Source: Mobula hypostoma
Taxonomy: Eukaryota
DNA: 64,000 nucleotides
Direction: 5' to 3'
NCBI RefSeq assembly: GCF_963921235.1
Contig: NC_086101.1
Span: 8,558,001-8,622,000 of the forward strand
This document shows positions 23,500-34,950 of the stretch, piece after piece. The notes below the pieces were generated by a model, which worked only from the letters and a program-made list of their open reading frames with translations, ran no database searches and had not been told where the DNA came from. Position 1 is the stretch's first letter. Each line of letters opens with the position of its first letter. Both the position numbers and the translations under genes were made by a program.

Positions 23500-23650
23500 C
23501 AAAAGCGAGGAAATCTGCAGATGCTGGAAATTCAAGCAACACACACAAAAAATGCTGATGAACGCAGCAGGCCAGGCAGCATCTGTAGGACGAGATACAG
23601 TTTACGTTTCGGGCCGAGACCCTTCGTCCTGACATTTTTTGTGTGTGTTG
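23500..23650 (-). mobile_element. 151-bp mini-PLE derivative
   Basis: 14-bp TSD CTATAATTTCCTCT at 23486-23499 and 23651-23664; partial hammerhead; short inverted end. Confidence 0.9.
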
Positions 23651-24339
23651 CTATAATTTCCTCTTTTTTGTCTTCCTCCATTCGTAAGGAGTTTAGTGAC
23701 ATTTGCAATCTTCCAGTCCTCTGGGACCATGCCAGAATTCTTGAAAGGTCATGACCAATGCATACATTATCTCTTCAGCAACCTCTTTCAGGACTCAAGG
23801 ATGTAGTCCATTTGGTCCAGGTGACTTATCCACCTTAAGATCTTTGAGTTTGCCTAGAAATTTTTCCTTTGTTATAGCAATGGCACTCACTCCTGCTCCC
23901 TGACACTCATGGACCTCTGGCGCACAGTTAGTGTCTTCCACAGTAAAGACTGAAGCAAAGTACTTATTAAGTCCATATGCCATTTCTCTGTTCTGCACCT
24001 CCCCCCCCCCCCATTACTACTCCACCAGCATCATTTTCCAGTGGTCCAATATTATCTCTCACCTCCCTTTTATACTTTAAGTAACAGTAAAAACATTTAG
24101 AATCCTACTTTATATTATCAGCTGGCTTACCCTCATATTTCATATTTCTTCCTTTTTGCTTTTTAGTTACCTTTTGTTGGTGTCATAAGGTGGTAGCTGG
24201 GAATGGACCCAAGTGCAAGACACAGACACTGAAGTACTAGGGTCAGGACTAGGATATAGGCTGATGGCAAGGACATGGACACGAAAACCAGGAACCTGGA
24301 ACAGGTCTGGACAAGAGAGCTAGGAGCCCGGGCTTGGAC

Positions 24340-24845
24340 TCCGAGCCAGAGACTGGACAAGGACCCAGTACCTGGGTCTTTCCTCTGGCTCGGACCCCAG
24401 AACTAGGCAAGGACGAAGCTTGGCAGGCAGGCAAGACGAGGCTGGAGTCTTCAGGCTTGAGGCTAGAGGTGAGGCTTGGCAGGAGGTAGGAGGCTGGAGG
24501 CGAGGCTTGGCAGGAGGCTGGAGGCTGGAGGCGAGGCTTGGCAGGAGGCTGGAGGCAAGGCTTGGCTCGAGGCTGGAGGCTTGGCAGGAGGCAAGAGGCT
24601 GGAGTCTTCAGGCTTGAGGCTAGAGGCAAGGCTTGGCAGGAGGCAGGAGGATGGAGTCTTCAGGCTTGAGGCTAGAGGCTAGAGGCGAGGCTTGGCAGGA
24701 GGCAGGATGACTCTGAGCCAGAAACTGGACAAGGACCCAGTACCTGGGTCTTACCTCTGGCTCGGACCCCAGAACTAGGCAAGGACGAGGCTTGGCAGGC
24801 AGGCAGGACGAGGCTAGAGTCTTCAGGCTTGAGGCTAGGCAGGCT
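24340..24845 (+). repeat. Purine-rich compound tandem repeat inside the LTR
   Basis: Recurrent GAGGCTTGGCAGGAGGCTGGAG and GAGTCTTCAGGCTTGAGGCTAG units; block 24343-24465 duplicated at 24715-24838. Confidence 0.9.
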
Positions 24846-25222
24846 CCTCCTGGGCAGGGCGCGGATCACCACCCAATGGAGGCATGGGACAGGAAGGGAC
24901 AGAACCAACCGCAGGTAACGGCAAGATGGCCTGGCTTACCTGGGCGGAGGCAAGGGAGAGGAAGGGAGCTAGGTACAGGGTGGCTACAGGACAAGACTGC
25001 AGGCGAGACGAGGCGAGAGTTACCAGCAAGACAAGGCAGGGCTTCAGGCAAGGAAACAGAAGGCAGAGGAAAGGATACAAGGAGTAAGGACAAGAACAAT
25101 CCAGCAGCCACGCCTGAGTCTCTGAAGGTATTTATGCAGCCAGTCCCAACAGACATCAAGTAACACACATCAAAGTTGCTGGTGAACGCAGCAGGCCAGG
25201 CAGCATCTCTAGGAAGAGGTAC

Positions 25223-25258
25223 AGTCGATGTTTCGGGCCGAGACCCTTCGTCAGGACT
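25223..25258 (-). ncRNA. Hammerhead motif, ACGU palindrome lost
   Basis: AGUC CUGACGA AGGGUCUCGGCCC GAAAC AUC GACU. Confidence 0.6.
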
Positions 25259-25809
25259 AACTGAAGGAAGAGTTAGTAAGAGATTTGGGAGAGGGAGGGG
25301 GAGATCCAAAATGATAGGAGAAGACAGGAGGGGGAGGGATGGAGCCAAGAGCTGGACAGGTGATTGGCAAAAGGGATTTGAGAGGATCATGGGACAGGAG
25401 GTCCGGGGAGAAAGACAAGGGTGGGGGGAAACCCAGAGGATGGGCAAGGGGTATAGTCAGAGGTACAGAGGGAGAAAAAGGAGAGAGAGAGAAAGAATGT
25501 GTGTATATAAATAAATAACAGATGGGGTACGAGGGGGAGGTGGGGCATTAGCGGAAGTTAGAGGTCAATATTCATGCCATTAGGTTGGAGGTTACCCAGA
25601 CGGAATGTAAGGTGTTGTTCCTCCAACCTGAGTGTGGCTTCATTTTTACAGTAGAGGAGTCCTCCTGTCCCATGATCCTCCCATATCCCCTTTGCCAATC
25701 ACCTGTCCAGCTCTTGGCTCCATCCCTCCCCCTCCTGTCTTCTCCTATCATTTTGGATCTCCACCTCCCCCTCCCACTTTCAAATCTCTTACTAACTCTT
25801 CCTTCAGTT

Positions 25810-25845
25810 AGTCCTGACGAAGGGTCTCTGCCTGAAACGTCGACT
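25810..25845 (+). ncRNA. Minimal hammerhead ribozyme motif, intact core
   Basis: AGUC CUGACGA AGG(GUCUCUG)CCU GAAAC GUC GACU. Confidence 0.75.
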
Positions 25846-27744
25846 GTACCTCTTCCTAGAGATGCTGCCTGGCCTGCTTCGTTCACCAGCAACTTTGATG
25901 TGTGTTGCTTGAATTTCCAGCATCTGCAGAATTCCTGTTGTTTGCGTTTTTAAATCCAACAGACATCAGCTGCCTTAATTAGTGCTTAACAGAAACAGAA
26001 ACAGGGTAGACAGGAAAACCTGGAGCAAGGGTCGATGGACTGGACCGTGAACCGGAATACGGACTTCACGGACCGGACCATGACAGTTGGATTTTAAAAG
26101 TTTCCCAATCATCCAACTTCCCACTCACTTTTGCTATCTTATTTGTCCTTTCCTTGGCTTTTATGCAGTCCTTAACTTCCCTTGTCAGCCACGGTTGCCT
26201 ACCCCTGCCATTTGAGAACAGCTTCTTCTGTGAGACATATCTATCCTGTGCCTTGTGAACTATTCCCAGAAACATCAGCCACCTCTGCTCTGCCATCATC
26301 TCCATCAGTATCCTTTTCCAATCCACCTGGGCAAGCTCCTCTCTCATGCCTCTGTAATTCTCTTTATTGCATTGTGATACTGATACATGTGACTTATGCT
26401 TCACCCTCCCAAATTGCAGTATGAATTCAATCACATTATGACCACTGCCCCTTCAGGATTCCTTTACATTAATAAAATCCCTAATAAAATCTAAGATAGC
26501 TTTTCCCAAGTAGGCTCAAGCACAAGCTGCTCTCAAAAGCCATCTTGCAGGCATTCAACAAGTTCCCTTCCTTGCGATCCGACACCAACCTGCTTTTCCC
26601 AATTTCCCTGCACATTGAAGTCCCCCATTGCAATTATGACATTACCCTTATTACATGCCTTTTCCAGCTCCCTTTGCAATCTCAACCCCACATCTTGGCT
26701 ATTGTTTGGAAGACTATATATTAATTCCCATAATGGGTTTTTTTACTCTTGCAGTTTCTGAACTCCAACCACAATGATTCAACATTCTCTGACCCTATGT
26801 CACCCCTTCCTAAAGAAGTAATTCCACCTCTTAACAATGGAGTCACACCACTGTCTATGCCTTCCTGGCTGTCCTTTCGATACAAAGTAAAATCCCAACT
26901 GTGACCTTCTTTCAGCCACAACTCAGCGATGTTTGCAACATCATACTGACCGATCTCAAAGTGCACCATGAATTTGTCCATATCATTCCGAATGCTAAAT
27001 GCATCTAAATACAGCTCCTTCAGTGCTGCATTCTTCACCCTTATGAATTTTGCCTCTGTGGTACAACTTAACTCTTTGCTCTGTCTGCTGTTGTACCCAA
27101 TCATTGGCTTGTCCTTCCTTACATTCATATTACATATTACACCATCTACATCCCTGCTGGCTCATCCTCAGCTCTGTCAGACGAGTCCTCATCCCCCTGC
27201 CATATTAATTTAAACACCTCCCAAAAGCTCTAGCAAATTCACCCGGGAGGATATTGTTCCCCTTCGGATTCAAGCCCATCTGTCCCTTCTGTACAGGTCA
27301 CACCTTCCCCAGAAGAGGTCCCAGTGATCCATAAATTTGAATCTCTGCCCCCCGCTCCAATTCTTCAGCCGCGCATTTATCCGGCACCTCGTTCTATTCC
27401 TATCCTCACTGTCACGTGGCACAGGAAGCAATCCCCAAGATTACTAGCCCTGAGGTCCTGCTTCTCAGCTTCCTTCCTATCTCTCTGTATTCTGTTTTCA
27501 AGACCTCCTGCACTTTTCCACCTATGTCATTGGTATCAATATGTAAATGACTTCTAACTGCTCTCCCTCCTTTTTCAGGACATTGTGGATGAGCCCAGAA
27601 ACATCCCGGACCCTGGCACCTGGGAGACAAACTACCATCCACGTTTCCTTTTTGCGTCCACAGAATCGGCTATCTGTCCCCCTAACTATACGCTCCCCTA
27701 TTACTGCTGCTATCCTCTTCCATTTCTTGCCCTTCTGAGCTCAT

Positions 27745-29760
27745 TAAAGTAGATGCTGGCAGGGGTGACAGAAGAGCACCAGTGGCTTGAGTTTCTGGGG
27801 AGAATGAGGAAGGTGCAAGACAAGTATAATCCAAAAACGAAGAAGTAATCAAATTGCAAAATAGTACAACCGTGGCTGACAAGGAAAGTCTAACCTAATG
27901 TAAAAGCAAAAGAGAGGGCATGCAGCAAAGTAAAAATTAGTGGGAAGATACAGGATTGGGAAGCTTCTAAAAACCTACGGAAAGCAACTAAAAGAATTGT
28001 TAGGCGGGAAGAGATGAAATAGGAAAGCAAGCTAGAAAAAATATCGAGGTGGATAGGAAAAGCTTTTTCAAGTATATATATAAAAAAAGAGAGATGAGGG
28101 TGGATATAAGACCACTCGAAAATGAGGCCAGAGAGATAACGGGGTTAAGAAGATGGCAGATGAACTCAGTATTTTGTATCAGTCTTCATTGCGAAAGACA
28201 CTAGCAGTGTGCCAGATGATGAAGGACGTGAGGGAAGAGAAGTGAGTGCAGTTACTATTACAAGGGAGAAGCTGATGAAAAAAGCTGAAAAACCTAAGGG
28301 TAAATAAATCACCTGGACTAGATGAACTGCACCCTAGGGTTCTGAAAGAAGTCACGGTAAGATTGTGGAGGCATTAGTAATGATCTTTCACGAATCATGG
28401 GATTCTGTATGGTTCCAGAGGACTGGGAAATTACAAATGGCACCCCACTCTTTAAGAAAGGAGGAAGGCAGCAGAAAGGACATTACAGACCAGTTAGCCT
28501 GACCTCAATGTCTGGGAAGATGTTGGAGTTAATTGTTAAGGATGAGGTTATGGAGTACTTGGTGATACAGGACAAGATAGGATAAAGTCAGCATGGATTC
28601 CTTCAGGGAAAATCTTGCCTGACAAATCTGTTGGATTTCTTTGAGGAGATTACAAGTAGGACAGATAAAGGGGATGTAGTGGATGTTGTACATTTGGATT
28701 TTCAGAAGGCCTTGACAAAGTGCCACATATGAGGCTGCTTACCAGGTTAAGAACCCATGGTATTACGGGAAATTTACTGATGGTTAGAGCATTGGCTGAT
28801 TGGTAGGAGAAGGCAACTGGGAATTAAAGGATCGCTTTCTGGTTGGCTGCCAGTGACCGGTGATCTTCCGCAGGGGTCGGTGTTGGGGCCACTTTTTTAT
28901 TCTGTATATCAATGATTTAGATGATGGAATAGATTGCTTTCTTACCAAGTTTGCAGATAATACAAAGGTTGGTGGAGGGGCAGTTAGTGTTGAGGGAACA
29001 GGTAAGGGCGGAAGGACTTAGATTAGGAGATTAGGCAAGAAAGCGGCAAATGAAATATCATGTTTGAAAATACATGGTGATGTACTTTGATAGTCGAAAC
29101 ATATGTGCAGCTAGTTTCTAAATGGGGAGAAAATCCAAAAATCTGAGATGCAAAGGGACTTGGGATTTCCCCATGCAGAATGCCTTAAAGGTTAACTTGC
29201 CAGTAGAGTTGGTGGTGAGGAAGGCAAATGCAATGTCAGCATTCCTTTCAAGAGGTCGAGAATACAAGAGCAGGGATGTGATGCTGAGGCTTTATAAGAC
29301 ATTGGTGAGGCCTCACCTTGAATACTGTGAACAGTTTTGGGCTCCTTATCTACGAAAAGGTGTGCTGGCGTTGGAGAGGGTTCGGTGGAGGTTCACAAGG
29401 ATGATTCCAGAAATTAAAGGGTTGTCATATGAGGATCGTTTGATGGCTTTGGGCCTGTACTCGTTGGAATTTAGAAGGATGAGGCGTGGTGGTATCTCAT
29501 TGAAACCTTTCGAATATTGAAAGACCTAGACGTGAAAAGGACATGGTGTGGGTAGACTAGGCCAAGAAGACCCAGCCGCAGGATGGAGGTGTGTACATTG
29601 AAAACAGAGATGCAGAGAAATTTCTTCAGCCAGAGGGTGGTGAATTTGTGGAAGTTTTTACTACAGGCAGCTCTGGAGCCCCGGTCATTTGGTATATTTA
29701 AGGCGGACATTGATAGGTTCTTGATTGGGCACGGCATCAAAGGTTACAAGGAGAAGACCG
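27745..29760 (+). mobile_element. CR1 ORF2 (RT to 3' end), decayed
   Basis: HYRPVSLTS, QHGF, PQGSVLGP, KFADNTK, RPHLEYC, NFFSQRVVNLW. Confidence 0.9.
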
Positions 29761-30894
29761 GAAGTCCCACAGCACCGGCTTCAAGAACAAGTTACTTTCC
29801 TGCCCAAGTTCAGGAGCAGTAGCTTCCCTTCAGCCATTTGTTTCTGGAACCAACTGGCATAACACTAATCAGATTTGAATTCAGATTCTGATTCAATGAC
29901 TTATTGCGTGTGCATTGAAACCTGCAGTGAAGTGCATCATTTGTGTTAGCAACCAGCACAACAGAAGGATGTTGCTGGGAGCAGCCTTCAAGTTTTGTCA
30001 ACATAGCATGCCTACTGTGTCTGCAGAGCAACGCAAGCATCAACACACAATGGCAAAACAAGCTCTTTACCTCTCGACTCACAGACATCCTTTAACTCCA
30101 CCTCCAGGCCTCCAGTCTCCAGTTGACTCGTGGATGCAGACATTAGACCTTCAACTTTCCTAGTGGACTTGCAGTCTTACAGATCCAGGGCTTTGGGCCT
30201 CGACTTCTGGACTTCTGATTGACCTTCAAGTTCAAGTTTACCCTTCATTCAATCAATCATACACATATACACAGTGAAACGAAACAGCATTCCTTGCAGC
30301 CAAGATGCAAATCACAGTACATGTCGTCATATAGTTACGGTAGCACATGCAGCTGAAACATAATATCAGCAGAAATCCCTGAGTGGCAGGGCCTGAAGGC
30401 TGATGGTGCATGGGATGTTGTCCTGGAGCCATGTTTCTGCAAGAACATGCAGGCAGCAGTTCCTCATCTCGTGCTGGGCCAGCTGCAATCCAGCCTGTCT
30501 TCCAGGAAGTGCACACCAGAGAGCAGCACCAACAGGAGGGAGGGCCTGCCGGGGTCAGCCCACAACCCAGCATAGATCCTAGTGCACCTGGCGTGCCTCG
30601 CTCTCTCCCACACCACCTCTGGCACCTCCTCCCCTGGGTGGCTTTAACACACAACGTTGTAGAACGAAGACCTGCTCTGTGCAACGACCGAGGTTACGCA
30701 GCTCCCCTGCCATCAGTCTCACCAATGAACTGGACTGGCAGTATTTTACATTTCCAATGGCCTTTGGGCCATGAGCTGCAATATCGACCACAGTTTAGCA
30801 AGACTATGACCATTTTCATCACTTTGCAAATGGGACTTTTTTTTTATTCTAATTGTGTTCTTTCTTGTAAATCGTGTCTAATTTGTGTGATAAT

Positions 30895-31610
30895 AATATC
30901 AATAACTTTATTTATAGAGCACTTTTCATACAGATGATGTCATAGAAAGTGATTTACAATGGAGAAAAGGACATATTATATGAAAATAAAAACATAAAAA
31001 TAAACATGCAAGTAAAATAGTCATAGTCATACCTTATTGATCCCGGGGGAAATTGGTTGAAAGACAAAAGGATGTTAGTTAAAAAGAAGGTTAAATAAAT
31101 AGATTTTGAGCCGGTGTTTAAAAGTATCAACTGATTCTGCATCCCTTATAGTTTTAGGTGTTGAATTCCACAGTTTAGGAGCGTAGTTCAAAAAGCTGAC
31201 CTGTCAATTATCTTTTGAGAGAGATTGAGAGACCGGCCGAAGACCTGAGCTCGAGCAGAATTACAGGACAAAAACGGATCTGTGATGTACTCCAGTTCCA
31301 GATCACGACGATATTTAAAAACCAGTTTCTAAAAACTTTAAAATCAATTCTAAAAGATACAGGAAGCCAATGCAGAGTAACTAGTGTGGGATAGATATGT
31401 TCCATCCCCCTGGGTTTCTGGCAGCAGCATTCTGAATGAGTTGAAGCTTGTCAATAGATTGCTTTGGAAGGCCAGTAGAAAGTGCATTACGGTAATCTAG
31501 TCTATTAGATTTAGAAGCATGAATTAGTTTCTCCAGATCATTATGTACCTTTGCAATTTTTCTCACGTGTAGAAATGCTGCTCTGGTCACTTCCTTTATG
31601 TGGGATTCAT
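30895..31610 (-). mobile_element. L2 LINE 3' fragment
   Basis: LIHA..RLDYRNAL..LQLIQNAAAR..EHIYPTLVTLHWLPVSFRIDFKV and L2-like tail TGTAAATCACTTT..AAAAGTGCTCTATAAATAAA. Confidence 0.88.
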
Positions 31611-33923
31611 GTTTTTCTTGTAAGTGCTGCTGACAGATGCATTGTGCCTGTGACGCTCCTGCAAGTGTGTTCTTCTTAGCATATGGCAATAAACTGGACT
31701 GTATTTAGTAACCGATTATAATCACAATCGGAATCAAATTTTTTATCAAAGAAATATGTCATGAAATGTTTTGTTTTACAGGAGCCGGATATAAGATTAC
31801 TAATAAATATAAACATTAAAGAAGTGGTGTAAAAAGAGAGCAAATTAGTATTTTGGATCCATTCAGAAATTATGCAACAGCGTATTCTGCCCTGTAATAT
31901 AGAGAATTGTGGTGAGATCATTTTGGCCTCAGGGCGACCACCTCCTGGAAACAGAGGCTATGGGATCTTTCCTAACAAGCAAAGGTACTCTACGTTGGAG
32001 TGGAACTGAGAGAAGGTGAAGCGGGGGTGGTGACAGTAGAGCATCTTGTTTTGTTTACTCACAGGATGTGAGAAGCGTCACAGGTTTGACATTTACTGAT
32101 GAGGCTCTTGTGGGTTTTCAGAGGTCACCACTGGGCACTTTCTTCAGAGAAAACTTTCCTTTCCAACTATCCACCAGCTTCATTAGCCCAATCCCACTCC
32201 TTGCTTCCGCTACCAGCCCCTATCCACCCCCCCCCATTTATTTGTTTGTTTGTTTGTTTATTTGGATACAGTGCGGAATAGGCCCTTTCATGCCTCTCGA
32301 GCTGCAATCACTTTACAGCGGCGGTGATCACCGATCAAGGTTTGATTCCCACTGCTGACTGTAAGGAGTTTGTATGTTCTACCTGTGACTGTGTGTGTTT
32401 CCTCCAGGTGCTCCAATTTCGTCCCACATTCCAAAGATGTACAGGTTAGGGTTAGTGAGATGTGGGCGTGCACGTTTTGATTAGATTATGAGGACACTCA
32501 GTCTTCGTTTATTGTCATTCAGAAATTCATGCATTAAGAAATGATACAATGTTCCTCCAGAGGGATATCACAAAAAAAAACAGGACAAACGAAAGACTAA
32601 CACTGACAGGACCACATAATTATAACATATAGTTACAGCAGTGCAAAACAATACCATAATTTGATAAAGAGCAGACCATGGGCACGGTAAAAAAAAAGTC
32701 TCAAAGTTCCGATTGACTCCCGATAGTCCCCGATAGCAGGCGGCAGAAGGGAGAAACTCTCTCTGCCATGAACCTCCAGGCACCAACAAGTGTCGATGTA
32801 TTGGAAGCACCCGACCACAGCCGACTCTGAGTCCGTCCGAAAACTTCGGGCCTCTGACACCGAGCACCATCCTCTGCCGAGCGCTTTGACCCCACCCCGG
32901 CCGCCGAGCAACAAGCAAAGCCGAGGACTCAGGGCCTTCTCCTCCGGAGATTCTGGATCACACAGTAGCAGCGGCAGCGAAAAAGGCACCTCAGAAGTTT
33001 CACCAGATGTTCCTCTGTTCTCTCACGTCTGTCTCCATCAAATCAGGATTGTGCACAGCACCCTCCTTGACAGATTACAGATATCATTCACGGAGTGGTC
33101 GCTGTGCGCACAGAGAGTGGAAAAGCTGGCAAAAGAAATGGTAGCACTGGGTACAATTACGTTTAAAAGATATTTGGGCCGGCACATGAACAGGAAAAGT
33201 CTGGAGGGGTAATGGCTGAATGCAGGCAAATGGAATTGGTGAAGATAGGCTCCTTTGTCAGCATGAATGAGTTGGGCTGAAGGGCCTGTTCCATGCTGTA
33301 TGACTCTCTATGAATCTGGGGGCTGAGCTTCCCACTCCCACACTCTCAGCCATGAGTGTCACCGCCCCTCACTTTTTTTGACTAGCTGGATTCCCAACTC
33401 CAAGCCCCCTGCCCCTCCAATGCCCAAACCCTGACAATTCTCTTTCCTCAATTCAGCCTCATTCCCACACCCCGGGGATTCCGAAGAGCTGGAAAATGCC
33501 AGGCAGGGTCTGGACCCTCACCATCCGGGGCAGGCCCTCTTTTCATTACTACCACTGGTGAGGAGGGACAAGAGCCTGACGACCCACACTCAGCATTTTG
33601 GGAACAGTTTCTACCCGTCTGACATCAAATTCCTAACTGTTCCATGAATGCATGAACCCTACTTCACTATTCCTCGTTTGCTCTGTCTGTCTGAGTAGAC
33701 AGTCGGACAAATAGACTGCTCACCATCGGCCTTTGATGAAGGCAAGGAGAGAAGTGGGTGGGTGGATGCTCAGGCTGAGATTGGCCTGTTGCTGGCATTC
33801 TGATAGGCCCCTCAGTAAGCCACAGGCTGCACCATTCAGAATGAAACTGGTCTTTGTGGAGAGAGCAAGCTGCAACAAGCTCTGTCTCGCTGTCTGTAGC
33901 TCTCACCGCCTTTCCCCTCCAAG

Positions 33924-34096
33924 CCGCTGACCCAGAGAAGAGGAACAGCATTAGCCAGAGAAATTCTGTTCTTTCCTCTTATGCTGAACAGAGTACGGAT
34001 GACAGAGAGAATTCCCCACCCACGGGCTCCCTCAGCACAGAGTCGCAAAATTACTCAGCCCAGGGGCTGCTGTCAAGCCAAAGCTGCAGAGATGAG
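33924..34096 (+). CDS. Candidate coding exon (phase 1 to 0), Ser-rich
   Basis: Branch-like CTCAC, acceptor CCTTTCCCCTCCAAG|, open frame (A)ADPEKRNSISQRNSVLSSYAEQSTDDRENSPPTGSLSTESQNYSAQGLLSSQSCRDE, donor GAG|GTGTGT; phase matches the 17074 donor. Confidence 0.35.
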
Positions 34097-34339
34097 GTGT
34101 GTGGGGAGCATTTCCTTCCTGCTAAAGGCCACCAGAGATCAGGTCAGTGTGTAAATGTTTGCAAACCAGGAGTCACTTGCCTTCAAGTCATCCTTTCCCT
34201 CCAACTTTCTCAGGCCTCAAAGCTATGCCGGGCCTCATATAATGAATTGGTAACGAATCTCTCAACTTCAAAAGCAGAGAGGGCGGAAGTAGGCAGAGTG
34301 TTGGGGTTTTTTCTTTCCTGTTTGTTGTTTGTTTAAACG

Positions 34340-34950
34340 TTTAGAGTCATAGAGCACTGCAGCACAGAAGCAGGCCCTTCAGCCCATCTAGTCCATGCTG
34401 ACCCGTTAATCTGCCTAGTCCCACCAATGTGTACCCAGACCATGTCCCTCCATATCCCTCCCGTCCAGGTACCTATCCGAATTTCCCTTAAATGTTCAAA
34501 TCAAACCCGCTGCCACCAGTTGCGATGGCAGCTCATTCTACACTTACATCACCCTCTGAATGAAGAAATTTCCCCTTATGTTCCCCTTAAGCATTTCACC
34601 TTTCACCCTCAACTCATGACCTCTAGTTCTAGACTCACTGAACCTCAATGAAAAAAGACTGTTTGCACTTACCCTATCCACACCCCTCATCATTTTGTAC
34701 ACCCCTCTTCATTCTCCTCCACTCAAAGGAATAAATTCCTAACCTCTTCAACCTTATCCCACAGGGCAGGTTTTCAAGTCCTGGCAACATCCTTGTAAGT
34801 TTTCTCTGCACTCTTTCAATCTTATTGCCAGCTTTCCTGTAGGTAGGTGACCGGAACCACACACAATACTCTGAATTAGGACTCACTAACATCTTGTACA
34901 ACTACAACACGACAGCCCAACTCTTGTATTCAGTACTCTGATTTATGAAG
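34340..34950 (-). mobile_element. CR1 3' fragment
   Basis: YKMLVSPNSEYCVWF..KIERVQRKLTRMLPGL. Confidence 0.8.

Larger units (their letters stand above)
25159..25955 (-). mobile_element. Penelope-like element with inverted pseudo-LTRs
   Basis: 13-bp TSD CCAACAGACATCA at 25146-25158 and 25956-25968; arms about 25159-25400 and 25660-25908 inverted; GIY-YIG C-terminal remnant between them. Confidence 0.92.
24181..26085. mobile_element. Solo LTR (TGTCAT...ATGACA) with 5-bp TSD
   Basis: GTTGG at 24176-24180 and 26086-26090; removing it restores host DWETFKIQQKVTKKQ; no coding sequence. Confidence 0.85.
21481..27740 (-). mobile_element. Long CR1 LINE (ORF1 esterase end, ORF2 EN and RT, 3' end) with four nested inserts
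   Basis: ORF1 27205-27738; EN 27020-26400; NYRPVSL; SGVPQGSVLGP..KFADDTK 22823-23158; C-terminus running down to 21481. Confidence 0.9.

Noticed and set aside
24249..24908. Repetitive ORFs (LEARLGRR, PASCLLPSL)
   Set aside because: They arise from the tandem repeat inside the LTR
33907..33926. Minus-strand 20-nt microexon (TCTTCTCTGGGTCAG|...GCG|GTGAGA)
   Set aside because: No partner exons found; it overlaps the plus-strand candidate and shows how easily splice signals arise by chance
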